Shown here piece by piece: positions 1-11,148 of a stretch of DNA of 54,050 bases. The number at the start of each line of letters is the position of its first letter. Within the stretch, counting starts at the first letter, position 1. This DNA comes from Nitrosomonas sp. (lineage in GTDB: Bacteria > Pseudomonadota > Gammaproteobacteria > Burkholderiales > Nitrosomonadaceae), in contig JAUXRH010000214.1 of the NCBI GenBank assembly GCA_030682075.1, positions 1 to 54,050 of the forward strand. The letters run 5' to 3'. The translations under genes were made by a program, and so were the position numbers. Below the pieces are notes generated by a model. The model was not told where the DNA came from, searched no databases, and saw nothing but the letters and a program-made list of their open reading frames with translations.

Positions 1-137
1 TAGCGAAAATCGACCCCGCCGAGGTCGTTTTTTGCCGATTTCGCCGCCGCATGGTTGTTCCATGGGGCAAGAAATCGGCAAAAAAGGAGCCGACGCGGTC
101 GATTTGCAGCCGACGATTCCAAAGTCCGACAGGCTCC
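1..137. mobile_element. Right part of a MITE/IS-derived repeat (family 2), truncated by the window edge
   Basis: GC-rich stretch ending AAGTCCGACAGGCTCC followed by TAG. It has a 15-bp internal inverted repeat (28-42/71-85) and an outer 9-bp one (7-15/97-105). The same terminus recurs in degenerate form at 31271-31287 and 31609-31625. Confidence 0.6.
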
Positions 138-184
138 TAGATCAGCTTATAACCCATCTGATATGGCAAATAGTTCCCATCATA

Positions 185-574
185 TCATTCCTCTGTCTCA
201 GAATTCTGATCAGTACTGGGTGTTATTAACTCAGGTTCAGAAGCAGGAGAAGTCACTGGCAGCGAATGACTCTCAATATGTGTTAACCTGTCGTCTTCAA
301 AAAATATAGTGACCGTTTGCTTATCAATTAATCTACCTTTTTCTTGAAGAAGGTAAACATAATCCCATCGATTTTCACGAAAAGTATCGACAATCAACGG
401 GGAACCAAGAACAAAACGTACTTGTGCTTTGCTCATACCAGGTTTGAGCGTGTCCACCATCTCCTGAGTAACCACATTACCCTGCTGGACATCAATTCGA
501 TAAATTATCGACGGAAAAAGCGAACAACCTGGAAGTAGTAACGAAGCAAGCAACGTGAGTATGATGACGCGCAT
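185..574 (-). CDS. bamE: Outer membrane protein assembly factor BamE (SmpA/OmlA) lipoprotein
   Basis: Lipobox LLLPGC; YRIDVQQGN, GMSKAQVRFVLGSP and RWDYVY motifs; divergent from fur as is usual. Start moved to ATG 574. Confidence 0.95.
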   Translation of the reverse strand: MRVIILTLLASLLLPGCSLFPSIIYRIDVQQGNVVTQEMVDTLKPGMSKAQVRFVLGSPLIVDTFRENRWDYVYLLQEKGRLIDKQTVTIFFEDDRLTHIESHSLPVTSPASEPELITPSTDQNSETEE

Positions 575-666
575 ATATATATAATTGACAGCAAGTGTTT
601 CCAAAGCAGATCCAGCACTATATGATACAGCAAGATACTGTAAAAATTTACCAGACAGACAAAACT

Positions 667-1107
667 ATGAGCAACTCAGATAACTTGAAAAATATAAATC
701 TTAAAACCACCGGCCTTAAGACCACCTTGCCGCGACTCAAGATACTGAATCTGTTTGAAAATAGTAAAGTACGACATCTATCAGCGGAAGATGTTTACAA
801 GATCCTCATCAATGAAGGCGAAGATATTGGCTTAGCCACAGTTTACCGTGTTCTGACGCAATTTGAACAAGCCGGACTGCTGGAACGTCAACACTTTGAA
901 GGTGGTAAAGCAGTTTTTGAATTGAATAGCGATGGTCATCATGACCATCTGGTCTGTTTGCAATGTGGGCGCGTTGAAGAATTCTACGATGCGGAAATTG
1001 AAAAACGTCAGATTAAAATTGCCAAGGATCGTGGCTTTTTACTGCATGAACACTCGCTCTCACTCTATGCGGACTGTGTTAAATCCGATTGCCCGTATCG
1101 GAAATAA
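667..1107 (+). CDS. fur: Ferric uptake regulator Fur
   Basis: [33 protein letters not shown] and [11 protein letters not shown] motifs. Start at ATG 667. Confidence 0.97.
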   Translation: MSNSDNLKNINLKTTGLKTTLPRLKILNLFENSKVRHLSAEDVYKILINEGEDIGLATVYRVLTQFEQAGLLERQHFEGGKAVFELNSDGHHDHLVCLQCGRVEEFYDAEIEKRQIKIAKDRGFLLHEHSLSLYADCVKSDCPYRK

Positions 1108-2116
1108 TTTGAACAAAGCCATCCTGACTATTTGCTCCCTGGGTATTCCAGTTATTTTTAATCTCAATTAATTCCGGCAGAATTTTCAGGAATATCTGGA
1201 CTAAGCGTGGCTCAAAGTGATTCCCCGATTTTCTTTCAATTTCGGCAATTGCATCTTCTATCGGCCAGGCTTCCTTATAAGGTCTTTTCATCGTTAATGC
1301 ATCAAACACATCGGCAATCGCTACGATTCTGGCAGCCTCTGAAATAGCTTCGCCAGCCAACGCTTCTGGATAGCCTTTACCGTTCCATTTTTCATGATGA
1401 TGAAGCGCAATATCCGCCGCAAGTTTAAAAAGTGGCGTATCCGATTTTGAAAGAATGCCGAAACCAATCAGTGTATGGTTCTTCATTATTATCCATTCAT
1501 CGGCATCCAGATTCGTGGGTTTCTTTAAGATTGCATCGGGAATGCCGATCTTGCCCGTATCATGCATCGGGGCTGCCAGCTCAAGCAGATCACACTTACT
1601 TACCGCCCACCCGGCTTCTTTAGCGATAGCGCGGGAATAAGCGGCCATACGCCAGATGTGCAGACCCGTATCCGTGTCATTGTAATGACCTGCCTCACCC
1701 AGCATATAAACAGCTGCCCGCTGACTTTTTTCCAGTTCATCGATGCGTACCAGTGATAAATGTGTTTTGACCCGGGACAAAACGATTGGCGCTGAAACAG
1801 GTTTCGTGATGTAGTCGACCGCGCCTACATCAAATCCATGGGATTCATCAACCACGGCACTCATCGCGGTGACAAAGATAACCGGAATTGATCGGGTCTG
1901 CGGATTATTTTTCAAATGTTGACACGCATCATAACCATCCATCTCCGGCATCATCACGTCTAGTAAGATAAGATCAGGTCGATGTTTATTTACCGCCTCT
2001 ATCGCTTCCTTACCATTTCTGGCAAAGACCAGAGAATATTCATGCTTTAAAATCTGGCGGAGGATCTGTAGATTACTCGGTTCATCGTCAACGATGAGAA
2101 TTTTTTTATCGACCAT
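1079..2116 (-). CDS. Response regulator with HD-GYP c-di-GMP phosphodiesterase domain (RpfG-like)
   Basis: N-terminal receiver domain (ILIVDD, LLDVMMP), [17 protein letters not shown] and ADVFDAL..RPYK motifs. Confidence 0.92.
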   Translation of the reverse strand: MVDKKILIVDDEPSNLQILRQILKHEYSLVFARNGKEAIEAVNKHRPDLILLDVMMPEMDGYDACQHLKNNPQTRSIPVIFVTAMSAVVDESHGFDVGAVDYITKPVSAPIVLSRVKTHLSLVRIDELEKSQRAAVYMLGEAGHYNDTDTGLHIWRMAAYSRAIAKEAGWAVSKCDLLELAAPMHDTGKIGIPDAILKKPTNLDADEWIIMKNHTLIGFGILSKSDTPLFKLAADIALHHHEKWNGKGYPEALAGEAISEAARIVAIADVFDALTMKRPYKEAWPIEDAIAEIERKSGNHFEPRLVQIFLKILPELIEIKNNWNTQGANSQDGFVQIISDTGNRI

Positions 2117-5100
2117 TTCCCTTTCCCAAATCGATATTCAGTTCTTTAGCCAGACACCTGGCTGTTTCCTTTGCCTCACGAAAATCAAATCTCTCAACCT
2201 TATCAACGATTGTCATCAGACGATCTGCGGCAAGATAATCTTTAAGCTGATCCAGAACCGGTTCGACCTTGTCTGGATCATCGCTCTCAAGGGCAACCAA
2301 CAAATCAATAAATATTCGACGGACTGCTTCGGGATCAAATGCTTTCCTGGATATACCCGCTATTGCGCCTGTTCCCTTATTAAAGTATTCAATTGATTTA
2401 ATCGCGATTGCGAGTGCTTCACTAAGCTTCTGGAGGGTACTTTTATAGTCACCGAGTTTCTTCTTTAGTGCATCATCGAGTTGGGTAGCAATTTTTGCAA
2501 CATTCACTAGCGCCAGATTACCCGCCACACCTTTCAGCCCATGTGTGATTTGTCCCGCCGTATCAAAATCGCCGATCTCAAGCGCTTGCCTGATCTGCAT
2601 TACATCCTGTTGACGATTATGGGCAAAAGTAAGCAAACTTCGGCGGTATCGACTCAGATCCTGCCAGTTTACAAGACCTAGCTTCACATCAATGCCCTCC
2701 AATTCAGGGAAATCCTCAGTGCGATTTTGCGGTGTAATTTTCAGCTTTGTAATCAATTCCCCGCTGTCTTTAGAAACAATCCGGAAAATCTCAGCAAAAA
2801 GTACATTAAAATCTATTGGCTTGCTGACAAACCCATCCATACCCGCCGCAGTACAATCGACGATATCTTCGGCCAGGACACTGGCACTCAAGGCAATGAT
2901 CGGAATATGCCCGTCACCACGCTCAGACTCAAGTTTTCTAATCTGCCGGGTTGCTTCCAGTCCATCCATTTCAGGCATATGGATATCCATTAAAATTAGA
3001 TCATAAGTACCGTTACCAAACATTCGTACCGCTTCCAAACCATTCTCAGCGATAGCAACCTGGTGACCAATACCTTCAAGCCTGATAGCAGCCAACTCCG
3101 CATTTTCAGGAACATCTTCCCCCAAAAGAATATTCAGTGCTCGTGTGACACGGAATTCAGCCTGAGTTTTTTTTGCACCAGCCTCACTTTCCACAATACA
3201 TTCAGACTTGGGAAGATAAGCCGTAAAATGAAAGATTGAACCTTTTCCTTCCTGGCTTTCTATCCAGATCTTTCCTTTCATACGACCTACGATTTGTCGG
3301 CTAATGGTAATACCAAGTCCAGTACCCCCATATTTTCTGGTAGTCGAGGTATCGGCCTGAGTAAATGGTGTAAATATAGCATCCAGACGGTTAGCCGGGA
3401 TACCAATGCCAGTATCTTCTACCGAAAAATGCAAAAAGTCCTTTTCTTTATCAGGCTGCACACGAAGCGTAACGCTACCCGCATCTGTAAACTTAATCGC
3501 ATTACCAAAAAGGTTGATAAGCACCTGCCTGAGTCGTGTTGGGTCACCAACAAAACAATACGGCAATTCCTGATCGTATTGCAGGTGGATAGCCAAACCT
3601 TTCTCTTGCGCTTTGATACTCAATGTTGCCAATACTTCTTCGATGACATGTGGCAGGTTAAAATCGATTTCTTCGATTTTCATCCGACCCTCTTCCAGCT
3701 TGGCCAGATCAAGAATATCGTTGAGCAGCGCAAGAAGCGATTTGGCTGAAAAATTAATGGTATTTAGATGCCTTCTCTGCATCTTGTCCAATTCAGTTTG
3801 AAGCAAAATTTCCGTGAAACCGATAATTGCATTCATGGGTGTTCTGATCTCATGACTCATGTTGGACAAGAAGGATGATTTAGCTTGTGATGCCGCTTTG
3901 GCAGCTTCCAAAGCTTTACCGAGTTCCTTTTCACTTTCACGTAAGGCGACCGTCCGTTGCAAAACTTTCTCTTCCAGATCCTTCTGCGCATTTTTTAGAA
4001 CACGGTTGGCACGTTCACCAAGAATCAGCGTAAAAGCGAATCCTGCAGTAGAAAAAATGAGAACAACGTAAAGTACACCCAGCACAGTCCGGGACAAAAA
4101 CTGATAAGGGATTAATGCTTCTGCAACATCGATTTCAGTTGTGAGGCCTATGCCAAGCACATCATCCCAGAGCCATACGCCAACGACTGGCACTCCGCGA
4201 TAATCACGATAACCCGACATATTGATGCCCGCCTCACCCCGTGTAGCACTTTGAGCCATGAAGGTGAGCGGCTGCTGACTGTGAGGAACATCTGGCCGGT
4301 AGCCCGTCACCATATTTCCACCTGGATCACGGATATCAATTTCAAGAATTCCTTTCTCATCAGGCGCTATCAGGCCAATTTTTCGCAGGTCTTCATCAAA
4401 ACGGCTTTCTGAAAGAAGCTGTCCCAGATGATTGAAAGCGTAGGTTTCACCCGTGTTTCCTATCCGCCCAAGTTGAATAACTCTGGAAAAATCCTTGGCA
4501 GGTTCCAGTCGCCGGGCTAAAGCAGCAATAATACGGCCATCATCGTCTCGTATTGGCGCTACGATAAACATCGTTGGAAAATATGGCCTTTTGGTATCGG
4601 TATCGGTATCGGTATCGACTTCGACTCCATTTTCATCCAAAAAAACATCGGAACGAATAGGGGGAACAAATACAGTTTCACCCTCGAATACACGTTTAAG
4701 CAAATCCGGTCGTTGCTTAGCAATGAGATTAAGCTTACCAATCACGCTATCTTGCATCGAAGCGATACTAATAAAGTCAGGATTGATGATAATAAATCCA
4801 GTCTCTCCAAAGTGGTTTTGCGTCTGCTTAAAAAACCGACGGACATCCGCCAATTCTTTTGAATCAATGAGGCTTTCTGAGTCAGACTCGACCTTCAATA
4901 ATTGCTTGATATCATGTGCCAGTGATGTATTCACGGCTATCTGCGTCACATATATTTTTTTATCTGTGATCCAGATTCTGAGCCCTTCAGTCGTCGTTTG
5001 CAGGATTGAATACAAAGAATGGCTGACTTCCCCCAATATCGCACGCTTGTTGTAGTCAAGCACTACTCTAGTGAGAGAACCAATCAAAATAAAGAAAATA

Positions 5101-5174
5101 ATGAGAAAACCTATTGTTAGATTTCGAAAATGGCGGGTTCCAAAGGTAAGTGAATCGCTTATTATCTTTTTCAT
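2106..5174 (-). CDS. Membrane-bound hybrid sensor histidine kinase (periplasmic Cache-like sensor, HisKA, HATPase, REC, Hpt)
   Basis: Two TM segments, [16 protein letters not shown] boxes, receiver [10 protein letters not shown] and Hpt HGLKG. Its end overlaps the start of the HD-GYP gene. Start chosen at ATG 5174. Confidence 0.92.
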   Translation of the reverse strand: MKKIISDSLTFGTRHFRNLTIGFLIIFFILIGSLTRVVLDYNKRAILGEVSHSLYSILQTTTEGLRIWITDKKIYVTQIAVNTSLAHDIKQLLKVESDSESLIDSKELADVRRFFKQTQNHFGETGFIIINPDFISIASMQDSVIGKLNLIAKQRPDLLKRVFEGETVFVPPIRSDVFLDENGVEVDTDTDTDTKRPYFPTMFIVAPIRDDDGRIIAALARRLEPAKDFSRVIQLGRIGNTGETYAFNHLGQLLSESRFDEDLRKIGLIAPDEKGILEIDIRDPGGNMVTGYRPDVPHSQQPLTFMAQSATRGEAGINMSGYRDYRGVPVVGVWLWDDVLGIGLTTEIDVAEALIPYQFLSRTVLGVLYVVLIFSTAGFAFTLILGERANRVLKNAQKDLEEKVLQRTVALRESEKELGKALEAAKAASQAKSSFLSNMSHEIRTPMNAIIGFTEILLQTELDKMQRRHLNTINFSAKSLLALLNDILDLAKLEEGRMKIEEIDFNLPHVIEEVLATLSIKAQEKGLAIHLQYDQELPYCFVGDPTRLRQVLINLFGNAIKFTDAGSVTLRVQPDKEKDFLHFSVEDTGIGIPANRLDAIFTPFTQADTSTTRKYGGTGLGITISRQIVGRMKGKIWIESQEGKGSIFHFTAYLPKSECIVESEAGAKKTQAEFRVTRALNILLGEDVPENAELAAIRLEGIGHQVAIAENGLEAVRMFGNGTYDLILMDIHMPEMDGLEATRQIRKLESERGDGHIPIIALSASVLAEDIVDCTAAGMDGFVSKPIDFNVLFAEIFRIVSKDSGELITKLKITPQNRTEDFPELEGIDVKLGLVNWQDLSRYRRSLLTFAHNRQQDVMQIRQALEIGDFDTAGQITHGLKGVAGNLALVNVAKIATQLDDALKKKLGDYKSTLQKLSEALAIAIKSIEYFNKGTGAIAGISRKAFDPEAVRRIFIDLLVALESDDPDKVEPVLDQLKDYLAADRLMTIVDKVERFDFREAKETARCLAKELNIDLGKGNGR
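4593..4616. repeat. (GGTATC)x4 in-frame hexamer repeat encoding DTDTDTDT
   Basis: Read directly in the sequence, inside the kinase sensor domain. Confidence 0.85.
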
Positions 5175-5350
5175 ATTCAATTTTCCTGTTAACCGGAAGT
5201 TGCCATCATTGGTTTTACCATGCCATGACCTGCCAGATGCCAATATTCTGGCTCAGAATATTGGCTGAATTAGTAGATCAATTGGAACAGCGTGCTGTTT
5301 ACTATCAATTCGCCAGGTCAAGCCTTTACGGTTTTTATTAATAAGCTTTA

Positions 5351-5649
5351 GGGCACCTCTTTCAAGAAACAATTATAAGTTACTGATTATAAGAAATATA
5401 AAAAAAGAAAAAAGATCTATGTTACTAACTTCATCATGTTTCTTCCTGACGCCTTGCGGTCGAAGGCCGATTACTACGCTAAAAATCCAATTTTGCGAGC
5501 AGCCGCTTTGTGGCTTGCCTGCTTACCCTGTTTCGTCGCAATACGGCGTTGCCAATAAAAATTTTCTCTTATATATCAATCATATGCTACGCTCAAATTT
5601 TTTTCTCGCGCCTTGTCTTGCCTGGAAATTTGAATTTTTAGAGATGCCC
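5351..5649 (+). mobile_element. MITE family 1, copy 1 (diverged, interrupted by a ~118-120 bp insert)
   Basis: GGGCACCTCT...[insert]...AAAAATCC through TTTTTAGAGATGCCC; flanks TTTA/TATA; homologous to copies 2-5. Confidence 0.85.
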
Positions 5650-5897
5650 TATAGAGAGTAAAAGGAATAATGGAAGTCCGAATACGCAGAATTTGCACCG
5701 ACTGGTAATGTAACGTTTAATCTGTATTGAGTAGCTTGTCGATAGTTAATCTATTTTCTACTTTTGTTTGCTAACATTAAAAATATTCAAGGTATTTTTC
5801 TTTATGTCGTAGTAAAATCCGGGTTTTTATATGCCCCTTTTTAAAATATCAATATTAGCAAAAACCAAGTATCATATTCAATTTAAACACCCTGCGT

Positions 5898-6311
5898 ATG
5901 ATGTTGAATAATACTTTTTTACTTCCTGTTCGTGTCTATTATCAGGATACAGATGCCGGCGGGGTCGTTTATCATTCAACCCACCTTAATTTTATGGAGA
6001 GAGCCCGTTATGAATGGCTGAGGGAAATGGGGTTTGATGTGAATTCATTAATTAAGATACACAAGACATTATTCATGGTTCGTTCACTTGAGATTGAATA
6101 TTTTAAACCAGCAGTTTTGGATGATTTGCTGCATATATCAGTGCACGTAACTGAGTTAGGCAGGAGTCGTATTACACTAACTCAGGAAATATTGTGTAGT
6201 CATATTCGGCTGGTTTGCGCCAAAATTCATGTTGTGTGCGTGGGAACAGATACCCTTAAACCCATGAGTATACCGGTACCCTTACGAGAAAAAATTGGGA
6301 AACCTGCATGA
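5898..6311 (+). CDS. ybgC: Tol-pal-associated acyl-CoA thioesterase
   Basis: VRVYYQDTDAGGVVYH motif; first gene of the tol-pal operon. Confidence 0.95.
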   Translation: MMLNNTFLLPVRVYYQDTDAGGVVYHSTHLNFMERARYEWLREMGFDVNSLIKIHKTLFMVRSLEIEYFKPAVLDDLLHISVHVTELGRSRITLTQEILCSHIRLVCAKIHVVCVGTDTLKPMSIPVPLREKIGKPA

Positions 6312-6988
6312 ATACAACAGTGACACAAGATTTATCGCTTCTTTATTTGATTAGTAGCGCCAGCCTACCTGTTCAACTGGTGATGGGGCTTTTACTTTTC
6401 ATTTCATTTATATCGTGGTGGTTTATTTTTCGCAAGCTATTTGTTATCCGACGTGCGATCAAACAATGCGATGAATTTGAAGAAATTTTCTGGAGAGGCG
6501 CTGACCTTAATACACTTTATCAGCGTGCGGCTAATGCGCGTCACTCAACAGGCAGTATGGAGCGTATTTTTGAGGCGGGTTTTCGAGAATTTGCAAAGCA
6601 TCAATCGGATGCGGATATTAGTGCGGTGATGGATGGTACCCGTAGAGCAATGCGTGCCACTTATCAGCGAGAAATGGATAAACTCGAATCACATTTATCC
6701 TTCCTGGCAACGGTGGGTTCTGTCAGTCCTTATATTGGTTTGTTTGGAACGGTATGGGGCATTATGAATTCTTTTCGTAGTTTAGCCAATGTTACCCAGG
6801 CTACGATTTCTCATGTTGCGCCGGGAATCGCTGAGGCATTGATTGCAACCGCAATGGGGCTATTTGCAGCAATTCCTGCGGTAATCGCATATAACCGATA
6901 TGCCAGTGATGTCGATCAGTTGGCAACGCGATTTGAAAGTTTTATGGATGAGCTGTCCAATGTATTGCAACGGCGTGCAGCGGAATGA
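6308..6988 (+). CDS. tolQ: TolQ
   Basis: SPYIGLFGTVWGIM and APGIAEALIATAMGLFAAIPA motifs. Confidence 0.97.
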   Translation: MNTTVTQDLSLLYLISSASLPVQLVMGLLLFISFISWWFIFRKLFVIRRAIKQCDEFEEIFWRGADLNTLYQRAANARHSTGSMERIFEAGFREFAKHQSDADISAVMDGTRRAMRATYQREMDKLESHLSFLATVGSVSPYIGLFGTVWGIMNSFRSLANVTQATISHVAPGIAEALIATAMGLFAAIPAVIAYNRYASDVDQLATRFESFMDELSNVLQRRAAE

Positions 6989-7009
6989 AACAGGCCGTAA
7001 GAGAATCGC

Positions 7010-7426
7010 ATGGCTAGGCACCGAAACAAACGTCGTTTGATGAATGAGATCAATGTAGTGCCATACATTGATGTGATGTTGGTGCTGTTGATCATTTTTA
7101 TGATTACGGCGCCGCTGATTAGCCCCGGCCAGATTGAGTTGCCCCAGGTCGGCAAGTCGTTAACACCACCAGTTGCGCCACTGGAAATAATGATCGAACC
7201 GGATGGTAGTCTGACACTACATGACCGCTCCATAACGGGTGCTGCACAGAAAATAAACCTTAACGAATTGATTGGCATCGTTAAGCAAAAGCAGATGAAT
7301 AATATCGAACAACCTGTTGTGATAGCAGCGGATAAAAATGTGCGGTATGAAGAAGTAATGAATGTGATGGATATCCTGCAACAACAGCAAGTAAAAAAAA
7401 TCGGCTTACTTGCCAGACAGAAATGA
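7010..7426 (+). CDS. tolR: TolR
   Basis: EINVVPYIDVMLVLLIIFMITAP motif. Confidence 0.97.
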   Translation: MARHRNKRRLMNEINVVPYIDVMLVLLIIFMITAPLISPGQIELPQVGKSLTPPVAPLEIMIEPDGSLTLHDRSITGAAQKINLNELIGIVKQKQMNNIEQPVVIAADKNVRYEEVMNVMDILQQQQVKKIGLLARQK

Positions 7427-7442
7427 GGAAATACAGCTCAAG

Positions 7443-8312
7443 ATGAGTGCAATGGTGCTGCGGAACTCATCGTATGATGAGCCAGGATATTTTCTGGCAG
7501 GAGTCCTGGCAATATTGATACATGTGTTTTTTGTTGCTTTTATGGTTTTCGGCCTTGACTGGAAAACGCAACCACCAGAAGGCATGATCGTTGATTTGTG
7601 GAGTGATTTGCCACAGCAGGCCGAGCCATCACCGCCAATACCGCAAAAAATGGAACCTTCAAAGCCAACGCCAACGCCAACGCCGCGACCCATTCAGGCA
7701 GAACCATTACCTCCAAGGATTAAACCATCATCACCACCTCCGCCCACTAAACCAGAAATTGCACGCGAAGCGGAAACTGAGAAATTAAAGCCGGTGAAAG
7801 AAGAATTGCCAATACAGGAAGTAAAAAAAGAAAGAGAAAAAGAAAGAGAAAAAGAAAAAGAAAGAGAAAAAGAACGGGAAAAAGAAAAAGAGAAGGAAAG
7901 AGAGAAGGAAAGAGAGAAGGTGGAGGCAGAACGGCTTCAACGTGAGCAGGCACTGCAACAAAAGCGTGAACAAGAAGCATTGACGCAACAGCGTGAGGCA
8001 CGGCAAGCAGCTGCACAAGCACGCATGGCGAATGAAGTCGATAAATATAAGGCGATGATACTGGCCAAGATCAGGAGCCGTATTATTATGCCGCCAGATC
8101 TGCCAGGTAATCCGACGGTTGAATATCGGGTTACATTGCTTCCTGGGGGTGATATTTTAGAGGTAAGTTTACGCAAAAGCAGTGGTTTTGCAGTTTTTGA
8201 TAGTGCGGTAGAACGCGCCATTTTTCTATCAAAACCGTTGCCTTTACCACCTGACCCCGCACTTTTTAGTCAGTTTCGTAACTTAAGTATTACCGTTCAT
8301 TATCGCGAATGA
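7443..8312 (+). CDS. tolA: TolA with Pro-rich and Glu/Lys-rich linker
   Basis: N-terminal TM containing His, low-complexity linker, TonB_2-type C-terminus (SSG...FDSAVERAI), positioned between tolR and tolB. Start uncertain. Confidence 0.9.
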   Translation: MSAMVLRNSSYDEPGYFLAGVLAILIHVFFVAFMVFGLDWKTQPPEGMIVDLWSDLPQQAEPSPPIPQKMEPSKPTPTPTPRPIQAEPLPPRIKPSSPPPPTKPEIAREAETEKLKPVKEELPIQEVKKEREKEREKEKEREKEREKEKEKEREKEREKVEAERLQREQALQQKREQEALTQQREARQAAAQARMANEVDKYKAMILAKIRSRIIMPPDLPGNPTVEYRVTLLPGGDILEVSLRKSSGFAVFDSAVERAIFLSKPLPLPPDPALFSQFRNLSITVHYRE

Positions 8313-8343
8313 TTGTTATAATTAGCGACAAAATTATGAATTT

Positions 8344-9657
8344 ATGAGAGCTACTATTATGCCGTTCCATTTATGCCAATTTTCTCGTTGGCTACTTATT
8401 TGTTTACTGTGCTTAGTGAATGCACCGCTACATGCAGCACTTGATATTGAAATTTTTGGCGGTGGTACGGCACGAATTCCTATTGCAATTCTTCCTTTCT
8501 CTGAAGAGGGACGGCTGCCGCAAAGTGTCACCTCAGTTATCTCGGCTGATTTGCAACGTAGTGGATTATTCAGATTGGTTGATCCAGCAGGTCGGGCGCT
8601 ATATGAGCCAAAGGAAATTGATTATGTTGATTGGACTAATCGAGGAGCCAGTGCACTGGTTATTGGTCAGACAGTACTACTGCCTAATGGTCAAGCCGAA
8701 ATAAGTTTTCGTCTGATGGATGTGGCAAAACAGGTGCAATTGACCCGTTTGGCTACAACAGTACCTGTGACCCAATTGCGCGCCGCTGCACATCGAATTG
8801 CCGATATCATTTATGAGGCATTAACGGGTGATGTTGGTGTGTTCAGTACACGTATTGCATACGTGTTGAAGCAAGGAAATAAATATGCCTTGCAAGTAGC
8901 AGATGCAGACGGATTCAATGCCCAATCAGTGATCGAGTTTGTCGAGCCAATTATCTCACCTGTCTGGTCACCCGATGGTGGTGAACTTGCTTATGTGTCA
9001 TTTGAAAATAAAAAACCGGTTGTCTATATACAGACACTGGCGACAGGAACGCGTAGAGTTGTTGCCAGCTTTAAAGGCAGTAACAGTGCGCCGGCATGGT
9101 CCCCGGATGGTAAGAAACTTGCGGTTGTTCTAACGATGCAAGGTAGTTCGCAAATATTTCTGATTAATGTCGATGGCAGTGGCGTGCAAAGACTCAGTAG
9201 AAGTTCTGGTATTGATACTGAACCCGGCTTTTCTCCCGATGGTCGATCGATTATTTTTACTTCTGATCGAGGGGGTAGCCCGCAGATATATCGTATGGCA
9301 ATAGCAGGCACTGCATCTGGCGTAGCCGAGCGACTTACTTATGAGGGAAATTACAATGTCAGTCCAGATTTTAGTCGGGATGGAAAATATTTTACTTTCA
9401 TCCATCGCAACAATAATAGATTTAATGTGGCAATACAGGATATTGCGACAGGTCAAATGCAATTGTTGACAAATTCTCAGGTTGATGAGTCACCCAGTTT
9501 TGCACCGAACAATAAAATGATCTTGTATGCCACTGAAATTAGGGGACGTGGTATATTATCTGCTGTCACTAGCGATGGGCAGACCAGGCAGCAACTCTCA
9601 TCTCAAGAGGGTGATATAAGAGAGCCAGCATGGGGGCCTCTACAAGGAGTGCGTTAA
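8344..9657 (+). CDS. tolB: TolB
   Basis: Signal peptide, TolB_N domain and PD40 repeats (PVWSPDG, PAWSPDG, PGFSPDG). Confidence 0.97.
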   Translation: MRATIMPFHLCQFSRWLLICLLCLVNAPLHAALDIEIFGGGTARIPIAILPFSEEGRLPQSVTSVISADLQRSGLFRLVDPAGRALYEPKEIDYVDWTNRGASALVIGQTVLLPNGQAEISFRLMDVAKQVQLTRLATTVPVTQLRAAAHRIADIIYEALTGDVGVFSTRIAYVLKQGNKYALQVADADGFNAQSVIEFVEPIISPVWSPDGGELAYVSFENKKPVVYIQTLATGTRRVVASFKGSNSAPAWSPDGKKLAVVLTMQGSSQIFLINVDGSGVQRLSRSSGIDTEPGFSPDGRSIIFTSDRGGSPQIYRMAIAGTASGVAERLTYEGNYNVSPDFSRDGKYFTFIHRNNNRFNVAIQDIATGQMQLLTNSQVDESPSFAPNNKMILYATEIRGRGILSAVTSDGQTRQQLSSQEGDIREPAWGPLQGVR

Positions 9658-9693
9658 GCTAAACTCAATATTTTATTTTTATAAGGAAGCAGC

Positions 9694-10209
9694 ATGAAGA
9701 AAGTATTTAGTATATTATTAATCATTATGTTATCTGCATGTGCCAGCCAGACTACACAGCCTGAAACTGATGTGGAAGATCGTTCTATCGGTGCGGGTGG
9801 TGCAGGAGCAGAAGGGAGTGCTCTAGGTTCAGGTGGCGCTAATTTTCATCCGTTACAAGACCCAAATAACATTTTGTCAAAACGTAGCGTGTATTATGAC
9901 TACGACAGTTATACGGTAAAAAACGAATATAGAGGGTTAGTATTGTCCCATGCCCAGTATTTGCGCGATAACTCAAACGCGGGTGTGCTGCTACAGGGAA
10001 ATACTGATGAACGTGGTAGCCGTGAATATAATTTGGCACTTGGACAGCGTCGTGCCGATAGTGTAAAAAATATGATGCTTTTATCAGGGGCAAGAGACAA
10101 TCAGATTGAATCCGTCAGTTTAGGTGAAGAGAAACCTCGTTCTGCAGGTCAAGGCGAGTCTTCATGGGCACAAAATCGTCGTACGGACATTATTTACCGG
10201 GGAGAATAA
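9694..10209 (+). CDS. pal: Peptidoglycan-associated lipoprotein Pal
   Basis: Lipobox LSAC; GNTDERGSREYNLALGQRRA motif. Confidence 0.97.
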   Translation: MKKVFSILLIIMLSACASQTTQPETDVEDRSIGAGGAGAEGSALGSGGANFHPLQDPNNILSKRSVYYDYDSYTVKNEYRGLVLSHAQYLRDNSNAGVLLQGNTDERGSREYNLALGQRRADSVKNMMLLSGARDNQIESVSLGEEKPRSAGQGESSWAQNRRTDIIYRGE

Positions 10210-10213
10210 TATT

Positions 10214-11059
10214 ATGTTTATACGCGTTTCCATTTTATTATTTCTAATTGGCTGCAACGTAAGCGTAAGCCAAGCTGGGTTGTTTGGCGACAGTAAGGCA
10301 CGTGAGCAGGTTGGCACTTTACGAAGCCAGGTAGATGAGATGGAAGCGCGTATTGAAAAAATGGAGGAAACGCTTAAAAATCAAGCGTTGCTTGAACTCT
10401 ATACCCAGGTTGAGACACTTGGTTCTGAATTTGGAGAACTGCGTGGACAAATAGAAATACTGAATAATCAAAATGAGTTGTTACAAAAACGACAAAGAGA
10501 TTTCTATATTGATCTGGATAACCGATTGCGACGGATTGAAGATCCAAATGCGCCCCCGGTATTAGAATCCTCTGACTTATCCACTGGATCGGAAACTTCA
10601 TCAGCATCAATAGATTCGCGCTCACCGCCGCAGCAGAAATTAGTGCAGGAACCAATGCCCATTACAAATGTTGAACCGGCAGGTGCGGCAGAAAAGAGCG
10701 CTTACGAGGCGGCATTTAAGTTATTCAAAAATGGTGACTATTTAGGTAGCATCTCACAGTTCGAAACTTTTTTGTCTAATTATCCTGCGTCGAGTCTTGC
10801 TCCAGGTGCTGCTTATTGGGTAGGGAATGCGCATTATGCGTTGCGTGATTTCCTTGGCGCCATTACGGCTCAGAATAAACTGATCAGCATTTATCCTAAT
10901 AGCGCCAAAGTTCCAGATGCACTGCTCAATATTGCCAGCAGCCAGCACGAAATGGCTGACAGCGCAGCTGCCAAAGCGACACTGGAAGATTTGATTGCCC
11001 GATATCCTCATAGTGATGTTGCTGAGAAAGCAAAGCATCGTTTGGCTAATCTTCGATAA
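10214..11059 (+). CDS. cpoB: Tol-pal protein CpoB/YbgF (coiled coil plus TPR)
   Basis: LRGQIE..QRDFYIDLDNRL and TPR repeats; directly after pal. Start at ATG 10214. Confidence 0.93.
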   Translation: MFIRVSILLFLIGCNVSVSQAGLFGDSKAREQVGTLRSQVDEMEARIEKMEETLKNQALLELYTQVETLGSEFGELRGQIEILNNQNELLQKRQRDFYIDLDNRLRRIEDPNAPPVLESSDLSTGSETSSASIDSRSPPQQKLVQEPMPITNVEPAGAAEKSAYEAAFKLFKNGDYLGSISQFETFLSNYPASSLAPGAAYWVGNAHYALRDFLGAITAQNKLISIYPNSAKVPDALLNIASSQHEMADSAAAKATLEDLIARYPHSDVAEKAKHRLANLR

Positions 11060-11148
11060 ATAAATTAGGACCTTTGTTATAACCACGTTGCACACGAATT
11101 ATTGTCTTGTTTGCCCTACCTAAAGAATATTTCCAGATTTTTACTTTA

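Noticed and set aside
5419-5661. Similar short ORFs at 5419, 30490, 31381 and 40294 looking like a peptide family
   Set aside because: They are translations of MITE copies with inconsistent starts and frames.
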